Part shown: positions 1 to 9,397 of the stretch, in pieces | Layout of the letters: each line of letters starts with the position of its first letter | Position numbering within the stretch: position 1 is the stretch's first letter | NCBI GenBank assembly: GCA_964486045.1 | Contig: CAZALK010000027.1 | Coordinates: 1-38,147 of the forward strand | Length of the DNA: 38,147 bases | DNA from: an uncultured archaeon | GTDB lineage: Archaea; Asgardarchaeota; Lokiarchaeia; Sigyniarchaeales; SOKP01 | Direction: 5' to 3' | Notes under the pieces: model-generated | Databases searched by the model: none | The model's input: only the letters and a program-made list of their open reading frames with translations | What the model was told of the DNA's origin: nothing | Translations under genes and position numbers: made by a program

Positions 1-104
1 CAGAAATATTTCCTGGATTAAGTGAATGATTATTATTTGAAATAAAAAAACAATTTAGGACAAATATTGAAGTTAACGTTCGTAATATAATTTAATAAGA
101 AAAA

Positions 105-1292
105 TTAAATAATAGCTAATTTCTTTCCCACTTTCTCTATAGCACTTAAAGCCATGTTTAAATCGTCTTTTGTGAGCAAGGCATTCATCTGGACTCGAAT
201 TCTAGAAAGTTCTTTTGCAACCATGGGAAATACAATTGGAGTACCATATATATTTTCTTCTTCAAATAAGACTCTAGCAAGGTCTTGAGCTTTCCCTGGA
301 TCTCCCACGATTAGAGGGATTATTGGTGTTTGGGAATTTCCAGTATTATAACCCATATCTTGAACCTCTTTCTTGAAATAGTTAGTGTTTTCCCAAACTC
401 TCTCGACATGTTCGGGTTCGTTTTCAACGACTTCTATTGAGGCAATACACGCAGCAACAACTCCTGGGGGATGAGCAGTACTCAGTAAATAAGTTCTGCT
501 TTTGTTAGCACAAAATTCAATTAAATCCTGTGAACCAGCTACAGTTCCCCCAAAAACTCCGAATCCTTTACTCATTGAACCCCCCTCAACATGTACTTTT
601 CCTTGTAGATTGAAATGAGCAACTATTCCTCTCCCCTTCCCCAATACACCCTCACCATGACAATCATCGACAAAAATCATAGCACCGTAATCCTCAGCTA
701 CTTTTGTTATACCATCTAAAGGTGCTATATCCCCATCCATCGAGAAAACTCCATCAGTTATTATACAAATTCTTCTAGGATTTTCCTTTTCAGCTTCTTT
801 TAACTGTCTTTCTAAATCTCCAACATCACTATGTTTGTAGATAACGCGGTTTGCACCTGACAGTCGTACTCCATCGATAATTGAACCATGGTTTAATTCA
901 TCAGAAACAACTATGTCTTGTTTTCCAACTAACATAGGTATTAGTCCTGAATTGACCGCAAAACCTGTTTGACATAAAATTGAGGCTTCCACTTCTTTGA
1001 ACTTAGCAAATTTTTCTTGGAATTCTTTTGTTAGGTCAAAAGATCCTGCTATAACCGGTACCGCTCCCGCTCCAGCGCCATATTTTTTTGTTGCATCAAT
1101 TGTAGCTTGAATTATTTTTGGATGAGTTGCTAATCCAAGATAATTATTGGTGTTAAGCATTAGCACCTCTTTTCCATCAACAACAGAATGGGGTTGTGAT
1201 CCTTGTTCAAGATATCTAATAATCCATTCAAGATTGCTGGTTCGTAAATCATTCATTTCTTCTTTGAGAAAAGCTTCTGGGTTTCTTTTCAT
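105..1292 (-). CDS. kbl: Glycine C-acetyltransferase (2-amino-3-ketobutyrate CoA ligase), AONS/KBL family PLP enzyme
   Basis: NNYLGL, SDELNHGSIIDG, DGVFSMDGD, DDCHG and SMSKGFG (PLP lysine) motifs; divergent from an SDR-type threonine dehydrogenase, which favours Kbl over BioF. Confidence 0.85.
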   Translation of the reverse strand: MKRNPEAFLKEEMNDLRTSNLEWIIRYLEQGSQPHSVVDGKEVLMLNTNNYLGLATHPKIIQATIDATKKYGAGAGAVPVIAGSFDLTKEFQEKFAKFKEVEASILCQTGFAVNSGLIPMLVGKQDIVVSDELNHGSIIDGVRLSGANRVIYKHSDVGDLERQLKEAEKENPRRICIITDGVFSMDGDIAPLDGITKVAEDYGAMIFVDDCHGEGVLGKGRGIVAHFNLQGKVHVEGGSMSKGFGVFGGTVAGSQDLIEFCANKSRTYLLSTAHPPGVVAACIASIEVVENEPEHVERVWENTNYFKKEVQDMGYNTGNSQTPIIPLIVGDPGKAQDLARVLFEEENIYGTPIVFPMVAKELSRIRVQMNALLTKDDLNMALSAIEKVGKKLAII

Positions 1293-1363
1293 TATATCAC
1301 CAATTTATTTTTAATAAATAAAGAGAAAATTGATATTTTAAAGGTATCTACATAAATATATTA

Positions 1364-1405
1364 GTTTTTCCCCTAATAGTTGGAGGGGGTAAAAAATGGG
1401 AAAAC
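1364..1405. promoter_or_regulatory. Imperfect inverted repeat in the divergent kbl/tdh promoter region (candidate operator)
   Basis: GTTTTTCCC (1364-1372) pairs imperfectly with GGGAAAAC (1398-1405), with an inner CCCCT/AGGGG pairing; lies between TATA-like tracts of the two genes. Confidence 0.35.
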
Positions 1406-1477
1406 GTTAGATAAACCTTTTTTACTTAAGTAAATTAAAAATTATACTGGATATTCATCAAGTAAAGAAATATAACA

Positions 1478-2422
1478 ATGAGAAAAATTCTAGTTATTGG
1501 CTCAGCGGGGCAACTCGGTTCAGAAATTGTACCAGAGCTTAGAAAAAAATACGGTAAAGAGAATGTAATAGCATCTGATATAAAAATACCCTCGAATGAG
1601 AATAAAAATAACTCTACACCGTTTATACATTTAGACATTTTAAATAAGGAATCTTTATCTAAATACATTAAAGATTTTAATATAAACACAATCTTTAACA
1701 TGGCTTCTATACTCTCTGCGAGTGGGGAAAAAACACCGTTAAAAGCATGGGATGTGAATCTAAACGGCTTATTAAATGTATTAGAAATCAGTAAGGAGCA
1801 TAATATTGATGAAATTATCTGGCCAAGTTCTATTGCTGCCTTCGGTCCAACTACTCCTCATAAAAATACACCAAATGAAACAATTTTATCCCCTACCACT
1901 ATGTATGGTGTAACAAAAGTAACAGGTGAGCTCTTGGCAAAGTATTATTATAAAAATTATTCTCTTGACACTCGATCGATGAGACTTCCTGGAATAATTA
2001 GCAGTAAAACATATCCAGAAGGTGGGACCACGGATTACGCGGTAGAAATATTCTACGGTGCCATCAGAGAAAAAAAATATACATCCTTTCTAAAAGAAGA
2101 TACGGTTTTACCGATGATGTATATCAATGATTGTATTAAGTGTATGATTGATCTATTGGAGGCAGACCCCATTAAATTAAAGCGACGTGTATATAATGTG
2201 ACAAGCATAAGTTTCTCTGTAGGAAAATTAGCTGCTGAGATAAAAAAACACATACCCGAATTTAAAATTGAATATAAACCAGATTTTAGGCAAGAAATAG
2301 CAGATTCTTGGCCAAAAACAATTGATGATTCTCTCGCAAGACAGGAGTGGGGTTGGAATCCTCAGTATGATCTCGAAATGATGACAAAAGACATGATTGA
2401 AAAACTAAGTAAGAGATTATAA
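1478..2422 (+). CDS. tdh: L-threonine 3-dehydrogenase (extended SDR / NAD-dependent epimerase family)
   Basis: GSAGQLG Rossmann motif, ILSASGE, PSSIAAFG, YGVTK catalytic YxxxK, GGTTDYAV, RQEIADSWP, all typical of SDR-type TDH; adjacent to kbl. Confidence 0.85.
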   Translation: MRKILVIGSAGQLGSEIVPELRKKYGKENVIASDIKIPSNENKNNSTPFIHLDILNKESLSKYIKDFNINTIFNMASILSASGEKTPLKAWDVNLNGLLNVLEISKEHNIDEIIWPSSIAAFGPTTPHKNTPNETILSPTTMYGVTKVTGELLAKYYYKNYSLDTRSMRLPGIISSKTYPEGGTTDYAVEIFYGAIREKKYTSFLKEDTVLPMMYINDCIKCMIDLLEADPIKLKRRVYNVTSISFSVGKLAAEIKKHIPEFKIEYKPDFRQEIADSWPKTIDDSLARQEWGWNPQYDLEMMTKDMIEKLSKRL

Positions 2423-2424
2423 AG

Positions 2425-3195
2425 ATGAAAATTGTATTCCATGAAAGATATTATAATTCAAGTTATTCAAGGGATCCTGCTGCTGAACCAGGACGTTTAG
2501 AAGGCATCGTTGATTTATTATCCAAAAGAAAAGGATATGAATTTATAAAGCCAGAACCAGCAAAGAAAGAAGATATATTACGAGCTCATTCGGAAAGACA
2601 TTATCGCGCTATTAAGAGAGAGCCATTATTATTTGAATTAGCCTCACTAGCCGCAGGAGGCTCAATTTTAGCTGCCGAAGAAGGATACAATGGAAGTCCT
2701 ACTTTTGCCGTAATTCGTCCTCCAGGGCACCATGCTTCAGCAGACTCCTGTTGGGGATTTTGTTATTTTAACAATATAAGTATAAGCTTGTTGAAATTAT
2801 TTTCAGAAGGAAAAATTGCCTCTGCTTTTGTGCTAGATTTTGATCTTCATACTGGTGACGGTAATTCAAATATTCTAAGAAATAGAAGTGATGGATTTAA
2901 AGTAAGGATATTAAATCCAAATTCAAGCGGTAATATCAATTATGTTAAAGAAGTCGAAAATTTTATGCAAAATTTAAAGGATATTGATATTTTTGTTGCT
3001 AGTGCAGGATTTGATGAAGGAATCGAGGATTGGGGTAATAAATTATATCCTGAAGATTATTATGAATTAGGGAATTTAATGAAAAAATATTCCGAAAAAT
3101 TATGCGATGGGAGACGTTTTGCATTGTTAGAGGGAGGGTACAATCATGATGTATTACCTAATAATGTAGATTCCTTCTCTCAAGGATTTAAATAG
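2425..3195 (+). CDS. Histone deacetylase family (Zn-dependent amidohydrolase) protein, short form
   Basis: RPPGHHA, GFCYFNN, DFDLHTGDG, SAGFD and LEGGY motifs. Confidence 0.9.
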   Translation: MKIVFHERYYNSSYSRDPAAEPGRLEGIVDLLSKRKGYEFIKPEPAKKEDILRAHSERHYRAIKREPLLFELASLAAGGSILAAEEGYNGSPTFAVIRPPGHHASADSCWGFCYFNNISISLLKLFSEGKIASAFVLDFDLHTGDGNSNILRNRSDGFKVRILNPNSSGNINYVKEVENFMQNLKDIDIFVASAGFDEGIEDWGNKLYPEDYYELGNLMKKYSEKLCDGRRFALLEGGYNHDVLPNNVDSFSQGFK

Positions 3196-3226
3196 ATATT
3201 CTGATAAAAGATAAAAACTCAAATAA

Positions 3227-6200
3227 TTATTTTTTCAATCCACTTAATAAGGGATGTGCATCATCACCTTCTTGAGAAGCTGAGATAATTATATTTCTTT
3301 GAATAAGCGTATGTAACCCACCATAAATTTTATCAATTTCTTTTTCATCAATTTCTTCAATTATCCTGTTTATAGTAAATTCTTTACTTATTTTAGTTAA
3401 AGATATTATAACATTAAGAATTCGGGACTCTATTGCTTGCAATTCCCCACCCTTTTTGAGAAATTTCATATAACTCGCATCATCTATTAATTTATATGGT
3501 TCATTGTAATGTAGAAATAAGAATTCATCCAAAATAGTACTAATTTTAGATTCAAATACACTCACATCACCTGTAAAATTGACTATTTTATTTCCTAATT
3601 TAGCATCAATTTCAATCGATAACCAATAGAACTGCTTCTTTAGCCTTTCAGATGAGTGTTCCCTTAGTATTAATAGAGATCTTACAGATTGATAATCACA
3701 TATAAGCAAATGGAAATATTTGAAATTCAATTCGATAATATTTTTGGAATATATTTCTTTACCTTTTTTCTTTTGATCATCTGAAATTGAGCCATTAATC
3801 ATCTGTTCGCCAAATATTGTAATTGCTTGAATAAAGCCAGAAAGGAGGGAATTATTTTTCTGATCAAAATTAGTGTAATTTTTAGTGAAGAATGGTAACC
3901 CGCTAAGTCTTTGAATAAACATTACCGCTTGGATATTTTTCACATCTTTAAAAACCTGGATAGTATTCATAAATAATCGATCTTTCTTTCTCTTGCGTGG
4001 TATAATCACATAACTTCTCAGACTCAAAACACCTAAAACACTAATTACAGGTATTGAAACACCTAAAACTATCAGGAAAAGATAATTTGGAGCAGCTGGT
4101 TTTGAAACGTATATACTTATGGGAAATTTCCGGTTCTTAAATTGAGATCCTTCAACTTTAATTATTAATTCTATAGTATAAGGTCCATGAGCTGATTCTG
4201 GAATTTTTATTTGTGTTTCATATATACCATCCCCCATATTTGTAATTTCCTCATTCAGATACGATAGCCATGAATAAGAAGCATTGGCATTTTCAATCAG
4301 TTTACCAGAACCTTCTTCAGTTAAGATAATACTAATGGAAAGAGTTTCACCAATATATAATTCACGAGTGCCATTAACCCCAGGAGTTTCAACAAGAATT
4401 TCTATTTGATCTATAGTTATCTTAATACTACTTGGGACAATGTTATAATTTTCTTTTTGAGCTGTAATTGAAAAAAAGTAAATATCAACAGGTAAATCGC
4501 CTGGGTTAAAGATTATTGAGTATTGTTGTCCATTTTCGGTTAAAGTTTCAGAAATTCCAGATCCTAATTCAAATAGCTCTACTGTGGCTCCAGAAATAAA
4601 ACTATCGGTTATATTATCCTTATACAATATGGTTATATTTATGGGCTCATTCCCAGGAATAGCGAGAGATTTATCAGATGTTTTGTCTTCTTGGTTTAGA
4701 AATATTTCCAAGTATGTAGTCTTTGGTAAAACATTCACATAAACATTTTGAAAACCAGTTTCATACCCGGGGTGATTAAGTTGTAAGAGAATGGTATGTG
4801 TCGCCAAAGAGAGATCAATCGTGGAAAAGTTTACAATAAATCCGTTCGCAACAGGCATAATGCTATAAAATGAGACCCATGACACATTCAATGTAGCCCC
4901 AGTAATTACATCTTCTGATCCTTCCTCTGTATAATTTACGCTTAAATAGAAACTTCTATTTATATAAACATCAACAATGGTTTCATTCACATTAACAATA
5001 GTAGGTATAGGATGTACAGTTATCGATATGAACCCAAAAGTAGTACCATAATCTGTTTTATTTGCGAAAACTGTAATCGTAAAAGTTTCAGGAATACCTT
5101 GAGTTGGTACGTATCTAGTAGATAGATTGAGTTTGACAGTACCGTTCAAATAATCTGTTACTGTGAAAACTTCATGCCAATCGGTAGTGACATTTACAGA
5201 ACCAGGCAGTAAAGTCCCGGAGAGTGCCCCAGTAACATTTATTCTACTAATAGCATAACTATTAGCGTCAACATTTATAACAGTTGGAGGGATCTCTAAA
5301 GCTAATGGCTGAGTAATTATTTCTAAATGAATTAGATTCGTGATAGATTGATTTATATAATAAATCTTTGAAGCATTAAATGAAAAAAAGTAATCCCCTG
5401 CTGACAAACCACTGAGATCAACATCAGCAACATAAATACCAGACCCAAGATAAGCCATTGTCCCAGAAGCACCATAAGTAGAATTGTAAGTTATTGTGGC
5501 AAAATCGATTGACTGGTTTAAATTATAATCTTTAAATTCAACTTTCATCAAATAGGGTTCTCCAGAAACTTTCACTTCCTCTGGACTTACAGCTGTTAGA
5601 TTTGTTTGATGAGAAACATCAAATTCAACTTGTAAGAAACCAACTTTATCCCTATCAGATTGAGATTGATTATTTGTCCATTCTATTATTGTTTGGTAGT
5701 TACCGACCGACATATTGGGTCCGACGGTAAAATTACCAAAATTAATGTTGTAAGATCCAAGTATTTTACTTTTCTGCCAAAAAATAGTACCATTAGGATA
5801 TTCAATTGTACAATTTGCTTGCGTATTTGCGAATGGGATAGTATCGTTTAATGTTGCATTAATTTGAAATGTATCACCAAGTGTAATACTCGATTCTTCA
5901 TTAAAAGCTGAGCCATTCCAAACAACTAGACTCGCATTTAAGATATAATTCGAACTAATAGCCTCAATCTTCCATAAAGCTTGGTCAAAAACTCCATTAG
6001 GTATAATAAACTCAATAGATCCTGGATCAGTTCCTGTACAACTTTGTATGCGGTTCACATCATACCCATCAAGAATTTGAGTAATATTCCAATCAGCAGG
6101 TTTTGTTATTTCATCTATAGTATTTTTATAATCGCTAGGTATGGTAATGACAAGTTCTGTTTGCCAAATCATAGGTATACCAGTTGTATATAAACTTCCA

Positions 6201-7339
6201 TCAAGTCCACTTATTGATGAATTGATTCTTTTTAGTAGATTGACATTAATATTTATATTTTCTATATAAAAATCATTTATACCAGTGACATTTTGCGAGA
6301 TAGTGAAAATAATTTCCTTATTTGTAGGGTAAGATCTTTCAGTAGCATTATAATAATACCCTTTACCATATGTAGTGTTTATATATGTCTTGTTGGAATT
6401 AAATTCAAGATCTTTGACTCCGACAATATTCATCTGATTTGGCATTGTCCATAAATCAAACTTTACGTTATCAATTTGAAAAAATGTTTCTGTGCCACCG
6501 ACAATTCTTTTCTCACCATGTGAATAAACTCCAACTCTAACAGTAACATTTTCCCCCGGTAAAAATGGTTCATGAAATTCTTCAGTGTCGTATGTCATAG
6601 TAAGGGATTGCCAAGAACCCACTTGAAGTTGTGTGGAAAAATCCCTTGTCCTATTTTTTTCGCTATTTCCTATTATAATGGCTAAATAAGCAGAAAAATT
6701 CTCTGGGTTGTCATCTAAATAATAATCAAAAGAGAGTACTGATAATTTACCGAAACTTAATTCTTCTTGGATTGTAATATTCTGTTCATAATAGCCATAA
6801 TCTCCTTCCAAATAACTATTTTTATCATCTATATATATCTCAACAGATCCTCCAGGATTTCCGGGAGCTTGCCCTTCCTGACCAATATAATCTCCAGGAA
6901 GATTGGTATAATATATCCATCCATGATATATTGAGTCAAAAGTACCATTTATAACTCTATCTTTCTTTTGAGATACACCTTCAAAAGATATATTAATGCT
7001 TTGTGCAACCCAATCTTTCTGTAAAGTGAAACTTACATTAGAAGGAAGGCTTGGGTCAGTATAACTTTCTGTGAAATTTGCATATTGCGAAACTACCAAA
7101 GCTTTTCCATTTGGTTCATTTACGGCCATTTTTAGTTCATTAATTATTAAATCTGAAATTGGATCTAAACTTTGTTCCCCAAATAATTCAATAGTAGAAT
7201 TTGGTGGGTATGATCCATTTATGAAGAATAAAAGGGTAGCTAAAGTAACTAGTATAATTATACCTTTTTTTTCCCCCCCAATCAAATTGAAGTGAGTATG
7301 ATTCATTTGCTTCATACTAGATTTATTGTAACTATACAT
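3227..7339 (-). CDS. Large single-pass surface protein: beta-rich glycosylated ectodomain, TM helix, cytoplasmic longin-like plus winged-helix-like region
   Basis: N-terminal hydrophobic segment; many NxS/T sequons; recurring 'Y..LG.G.Y' and 'A.K..Y' Ig-like strands; TM YLFLIVLGVSIPVISVLGVLSL followed by KRKK; then IQRLSGLPFF...LLSGFIQAITIF. True start may be a later Met. Confidence 0.75.
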   Translation of the reverse strand: MYSYNKSSMKQMNHTHFNLIGGEKKGIIILVTLATLLFFINGSYPPNSTIELFGEQSLDPISDLIINELKMAVNEPNGKALVVSQYANFTESYTDPSLPSNVSFTLQKDWVAQSINISFEGVSQKKDRVINGTFDSIYHGWIYYTNLPGDYIGQEGQAPGNPGGSVEIYIDDKNSYLEGDYGYYEQNITIQEELSFGKLSVLSFDYYLDDNPENFSAYLAIIIGNSEKNRTRDFSTQLQVGSWQSLTMTYDTEEFHEPFLPGENVTVRVGVYSHGEKRIVGGTETFFQIDNVKFDLWTMPNQMNIVGVKDLEFNSNKTYINTTYGKGYYYNATERSYPTNKEIIFTISQNVTGINDFYIENININVNLLKRINSSISGLDGSLYTTGIPMIWQTELVITIPSDYKNTIDEITKPADWNITQILDGYDVNRIQSCTGTDPGSIEFIIPNGVFDQALWKIEAISSNYILNASLVVWNGSAFNEESSITLGDTFQINATLNDTIPFANTQANCTIEYPNGTIFWQKSKILGSYNINFGNFTVGPNMSVGNYQTIIEWTNNQSQSDRDKVGFLQVEFDVSHQTNLTAVSPEEVKVSGEPYLMKVEFKDYNLNQSIDFATITYNSTYGASGTMAYLGSGIYVADVDLSGLSAGDYFFSFNASKIYYINQSITNLIHLEIITQPLALEIPPTVINVDANSYAISRINVTGALSGTLLPGSVNVTTDWHEVFTVTDYLNGTVKLNLSTRYVPTQGIPETFTITVFANKTDYGTTFGFISITVHPIPTIVNVNETIVDVYINRSFYLSVNYTEEGSEDVITGATLNVSWVSFYSIMPVANGFIVNFSTIDLSLATHTILLQLNHPGYETGFQNVYVNVLPKTTYLEIFLNQEDKTSDKSLAIPGNEPINITILYKDNITDSFISGATVELFELGSGISETLTENGQQYSIIFNPGDLPVDIYFFSITAQKENYNIVPSSIKITIDQIEILVETPGVNGTRELYIGETLSISIILTEEGSGKLIENANASYSWLSYLNEEITNMGDGIYETQIKIPESAHGPYTIELIIKVEGSQFKNRKFPISIYVSKPAAPNYLFLIVLGVSIPVISVLGVLSLRSYVIIPRKRKKDRLFMNTIQVFKDVKNIQAVMFIQRLSGLPFFTKNYTNFDQKNNSLLSGFIQAITIFGEQMINGSISDDQKKKGKEIYSKNIIELNFKYFHLLICDYQSVRSLLILREHSSERLKKQFYWLSIEIDAKLGNKIVNFTGDVSVFESKISTILDEFLFLHYNEPYKLIDDASYMKFLKKGGELQAIESRILNVIISLTKISKEFTINRIIEEIDEKEIDKIYGGLHTLIQRNIIISASQEGDDAHPLLSGLKK

Positions 7340-7451
7340 AATTAGATGAACTATTAAAAGTTTTGAAATATCTAGAAAATATACCCCAATATTTTTGACC
7401 GGGATTTTTTGAAGTTAAATGTCTTACTTTAGGAATAATTTCGGAATAAAT

Positions 7452-7672
7452 AAAAACTTTGCAGTCTACAACTGATTTTTGATTAGTCTAGCTGAACTTA
7501 TTTAGATAAGCGAAATCCTTAATTTTTATGAGCATTCAAGGATTAAAATACTATTAAAGCAATGATCTAAATCTTTAGAATTGATTCTAAGGAGTCAGTA
7601 TCAAGGTGCTATCGCAAAATAAGGAAAATAGCTTAATTCTGTAAAAAATTTCCCTGAGCTTGCAGAGTTTTT
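7452..7672. mobile_element. Candidate MITE-like or structured non-coding element
   Basis: 12-bp terminal inverted repeat with one mismatch (AAAAACTTTGCA / TGCAGAGTTTTT) enclosing several internal hairpins; no ORF. Confidence 0.3.
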
Positions 7673-7705
7673 TAAGAATTTTTATTGGATTTGAAATTGA
7701 AAAAT

Positions 7706-9007
7706 TCAATCTATTGTAGGAATAAGAATGGTGAATACAGATCCCTGACTATAATCTCCTTCGATTTTGTCTTCAACTTTAATTTTACCATTTAGATTTT
7801 TGATAATTTTGTTTACTAAAGTTAAACCTAGTCCAATCCCACCAATATCATCATCTTTCTCTAAACCTCTTAAAAATATTTTCTCCTTTATTGAATCAGG
7901 AATCCCAATCCCATTGTCAATGAATTTAAATTTAGTATATTTCGTTTTGTCAATAATTTCTTTAGAGATTTCTATTAAAATTTTAACAGTTGGATTCTCA
8001 TTATGAATAACCGAATTTCCTAAAATATTCTCGAAAAGGTAGATTAATCGGTTATCGCTTTTTGTGTCTACTATTTTTCCCATAGATTCAATTTCAATAT
8101 TTATAACTTTTTCCTCAAAATCAGCTTTTATTTTGTTAATCGCTTGATTTAAAATGAGAATGGCATCCTCATTTATTAATGGTTGTTTTGATTTCTCTAT
8201 TTCGGTGAGAATTCTAACGTTTGCAACTAAATTCCCCCCTCTATATATTTGCTGATTTGCAATCTTTATTAAATCTTCAAAATTCTCAATCTTAATGGGT
8301 TCTTTTAGATATAGCATGCATAAATCAATAAACGCTTGTAAATTCTGAAATATATTACTTACATCGTGAGAAAATAGATCTTTATATAATTCAACTCTGT
8401 TATATGCAGCTTTGGTGGTTTTTTCGGTCCTTTGAGAATAGTTCAAAGAATTCTCCAATATTCGAGAAGAAAATAAGCTAATACTTGAAAATATAATAAA
8501 ACCTATCAATTCGAGAGATTTTGGAAAAATTCCAAATATAAAATGATTAAAGAGTATAAGTATAAAAATTACGATAGTTGAAAAGATACTCCAAATTGAA
8601 CGAAATAGTAAGCTAGATAAGAGGACAGGAAGAAAAAACCACAATGTAGATACCCCCGAAGCTAATAATTCTGGAGTATTCCCCGCTAAAAAAAGTATGG
8701 TTATTAGAATTAAGAATAAAATACTTGCAAATTGTTTTGACACAAATTTTTTGACTGTAAATATAGTAATAATGCTAACTAACAATATTAGGCTTCCTGA
8801 GGAGATGTAGATAATTTCTTCTTCATAACCAAAAGGAAGTCCAAAAAGAGTAAAAACTGGGGGAATTAAAAATACAATAAGTGAAAGAAATCCACATATA
8901 AATAAAATGATATTTAGAAATTTAGATTTTCTAATATAATTTGAGTCACCAGCATTCAGAACAAATTTTTGCTTGATAAAAGATATAATTTTTTCTCTGA
9001 CATTCAT
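7706..9007 (-). CDS. Membrane-bound sensor histidine kinase
   Basis: About 6 N-terminal TM helices; H-box FSHDVSN; N-box FENILGNSVIH; G1 DNGIGIP; F-box KIF; G2 GIGLGL. Confidence 0.92.
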   Translation of the reverse strand: MNVREKIISFIKQKFVLNAGDSNYIRKSKFLNIILFICGFLSLIVFLIPPVFTLFGLPFGYEEEIIYISSGSLILLVSIITIFTVKKFVSKQFASILFLILITILFLAGNTPELLASGVSTLWFFLPVLLSSLLFRSIWSIFSTIVIFILILFNHFIFGIFPKSLELIGFIIFSSISLFSSRILENSLNYSQRTEKTTKAAYNRVELYKDLFSHDVSNIFQNLQAFIDLCMLYLKEPIKIENFEDLIKIANQQIYRGGNLVANVRILTEIEKSKQPLINEDAILILNQAINKIKADFEEKVINIEIESMGKIVDTKSDNRLIYLFENILGNSVIHNENPTVKILIEISKEIIDKTKYTKFKFIDNGIGIPDSIKEKIFLRGLEKDDDIGGIGLGLTLVNKIIKNLNGKIKVEDKIEGDYSQGSVFTILIPTID

Positions 9008-9397
9008 CTTTTATGGATTTAATAAGATTTAAAGAAACTAATCTATCTAATAAAAATAATTGTTTTAATATCTTTGGAGAAAATTAGGATTGAGATACTT
9101 TAAGTTGATAACGTTGTTAGATTGGAAAAAAAAATTCGTCGAAATAAATAGTAATTATTTTTAAGATTTAAGAAAAAAGGAATAAAATCTATAGATTATG
9201 GTACATTAGTTTCTCGAATTCTTAATCATAATCTATATGGGTTCACATATGGTGGTATATTCTCAAAATCTAAATTTACTTTCCTAAATGAATAATCTTT
9301 AATTGATATAATCTCAAAAAAGTTGATTTTAAATTAGAATGTCAATACTAATAAATATTTTGTAAAAAGTAAAAATTACACAAAAAAAATAGTTAAA

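Noticed and set aside
1-29. Possible 3' end of a + strand gene (EIFPGLSE*)
   Set aside because: Too short to support
105-1292. bioF or serine palmitoyltransferase assignment
   Set aside because: The tdh neighbour and the absence of biotin genes favour kbl, though not proven
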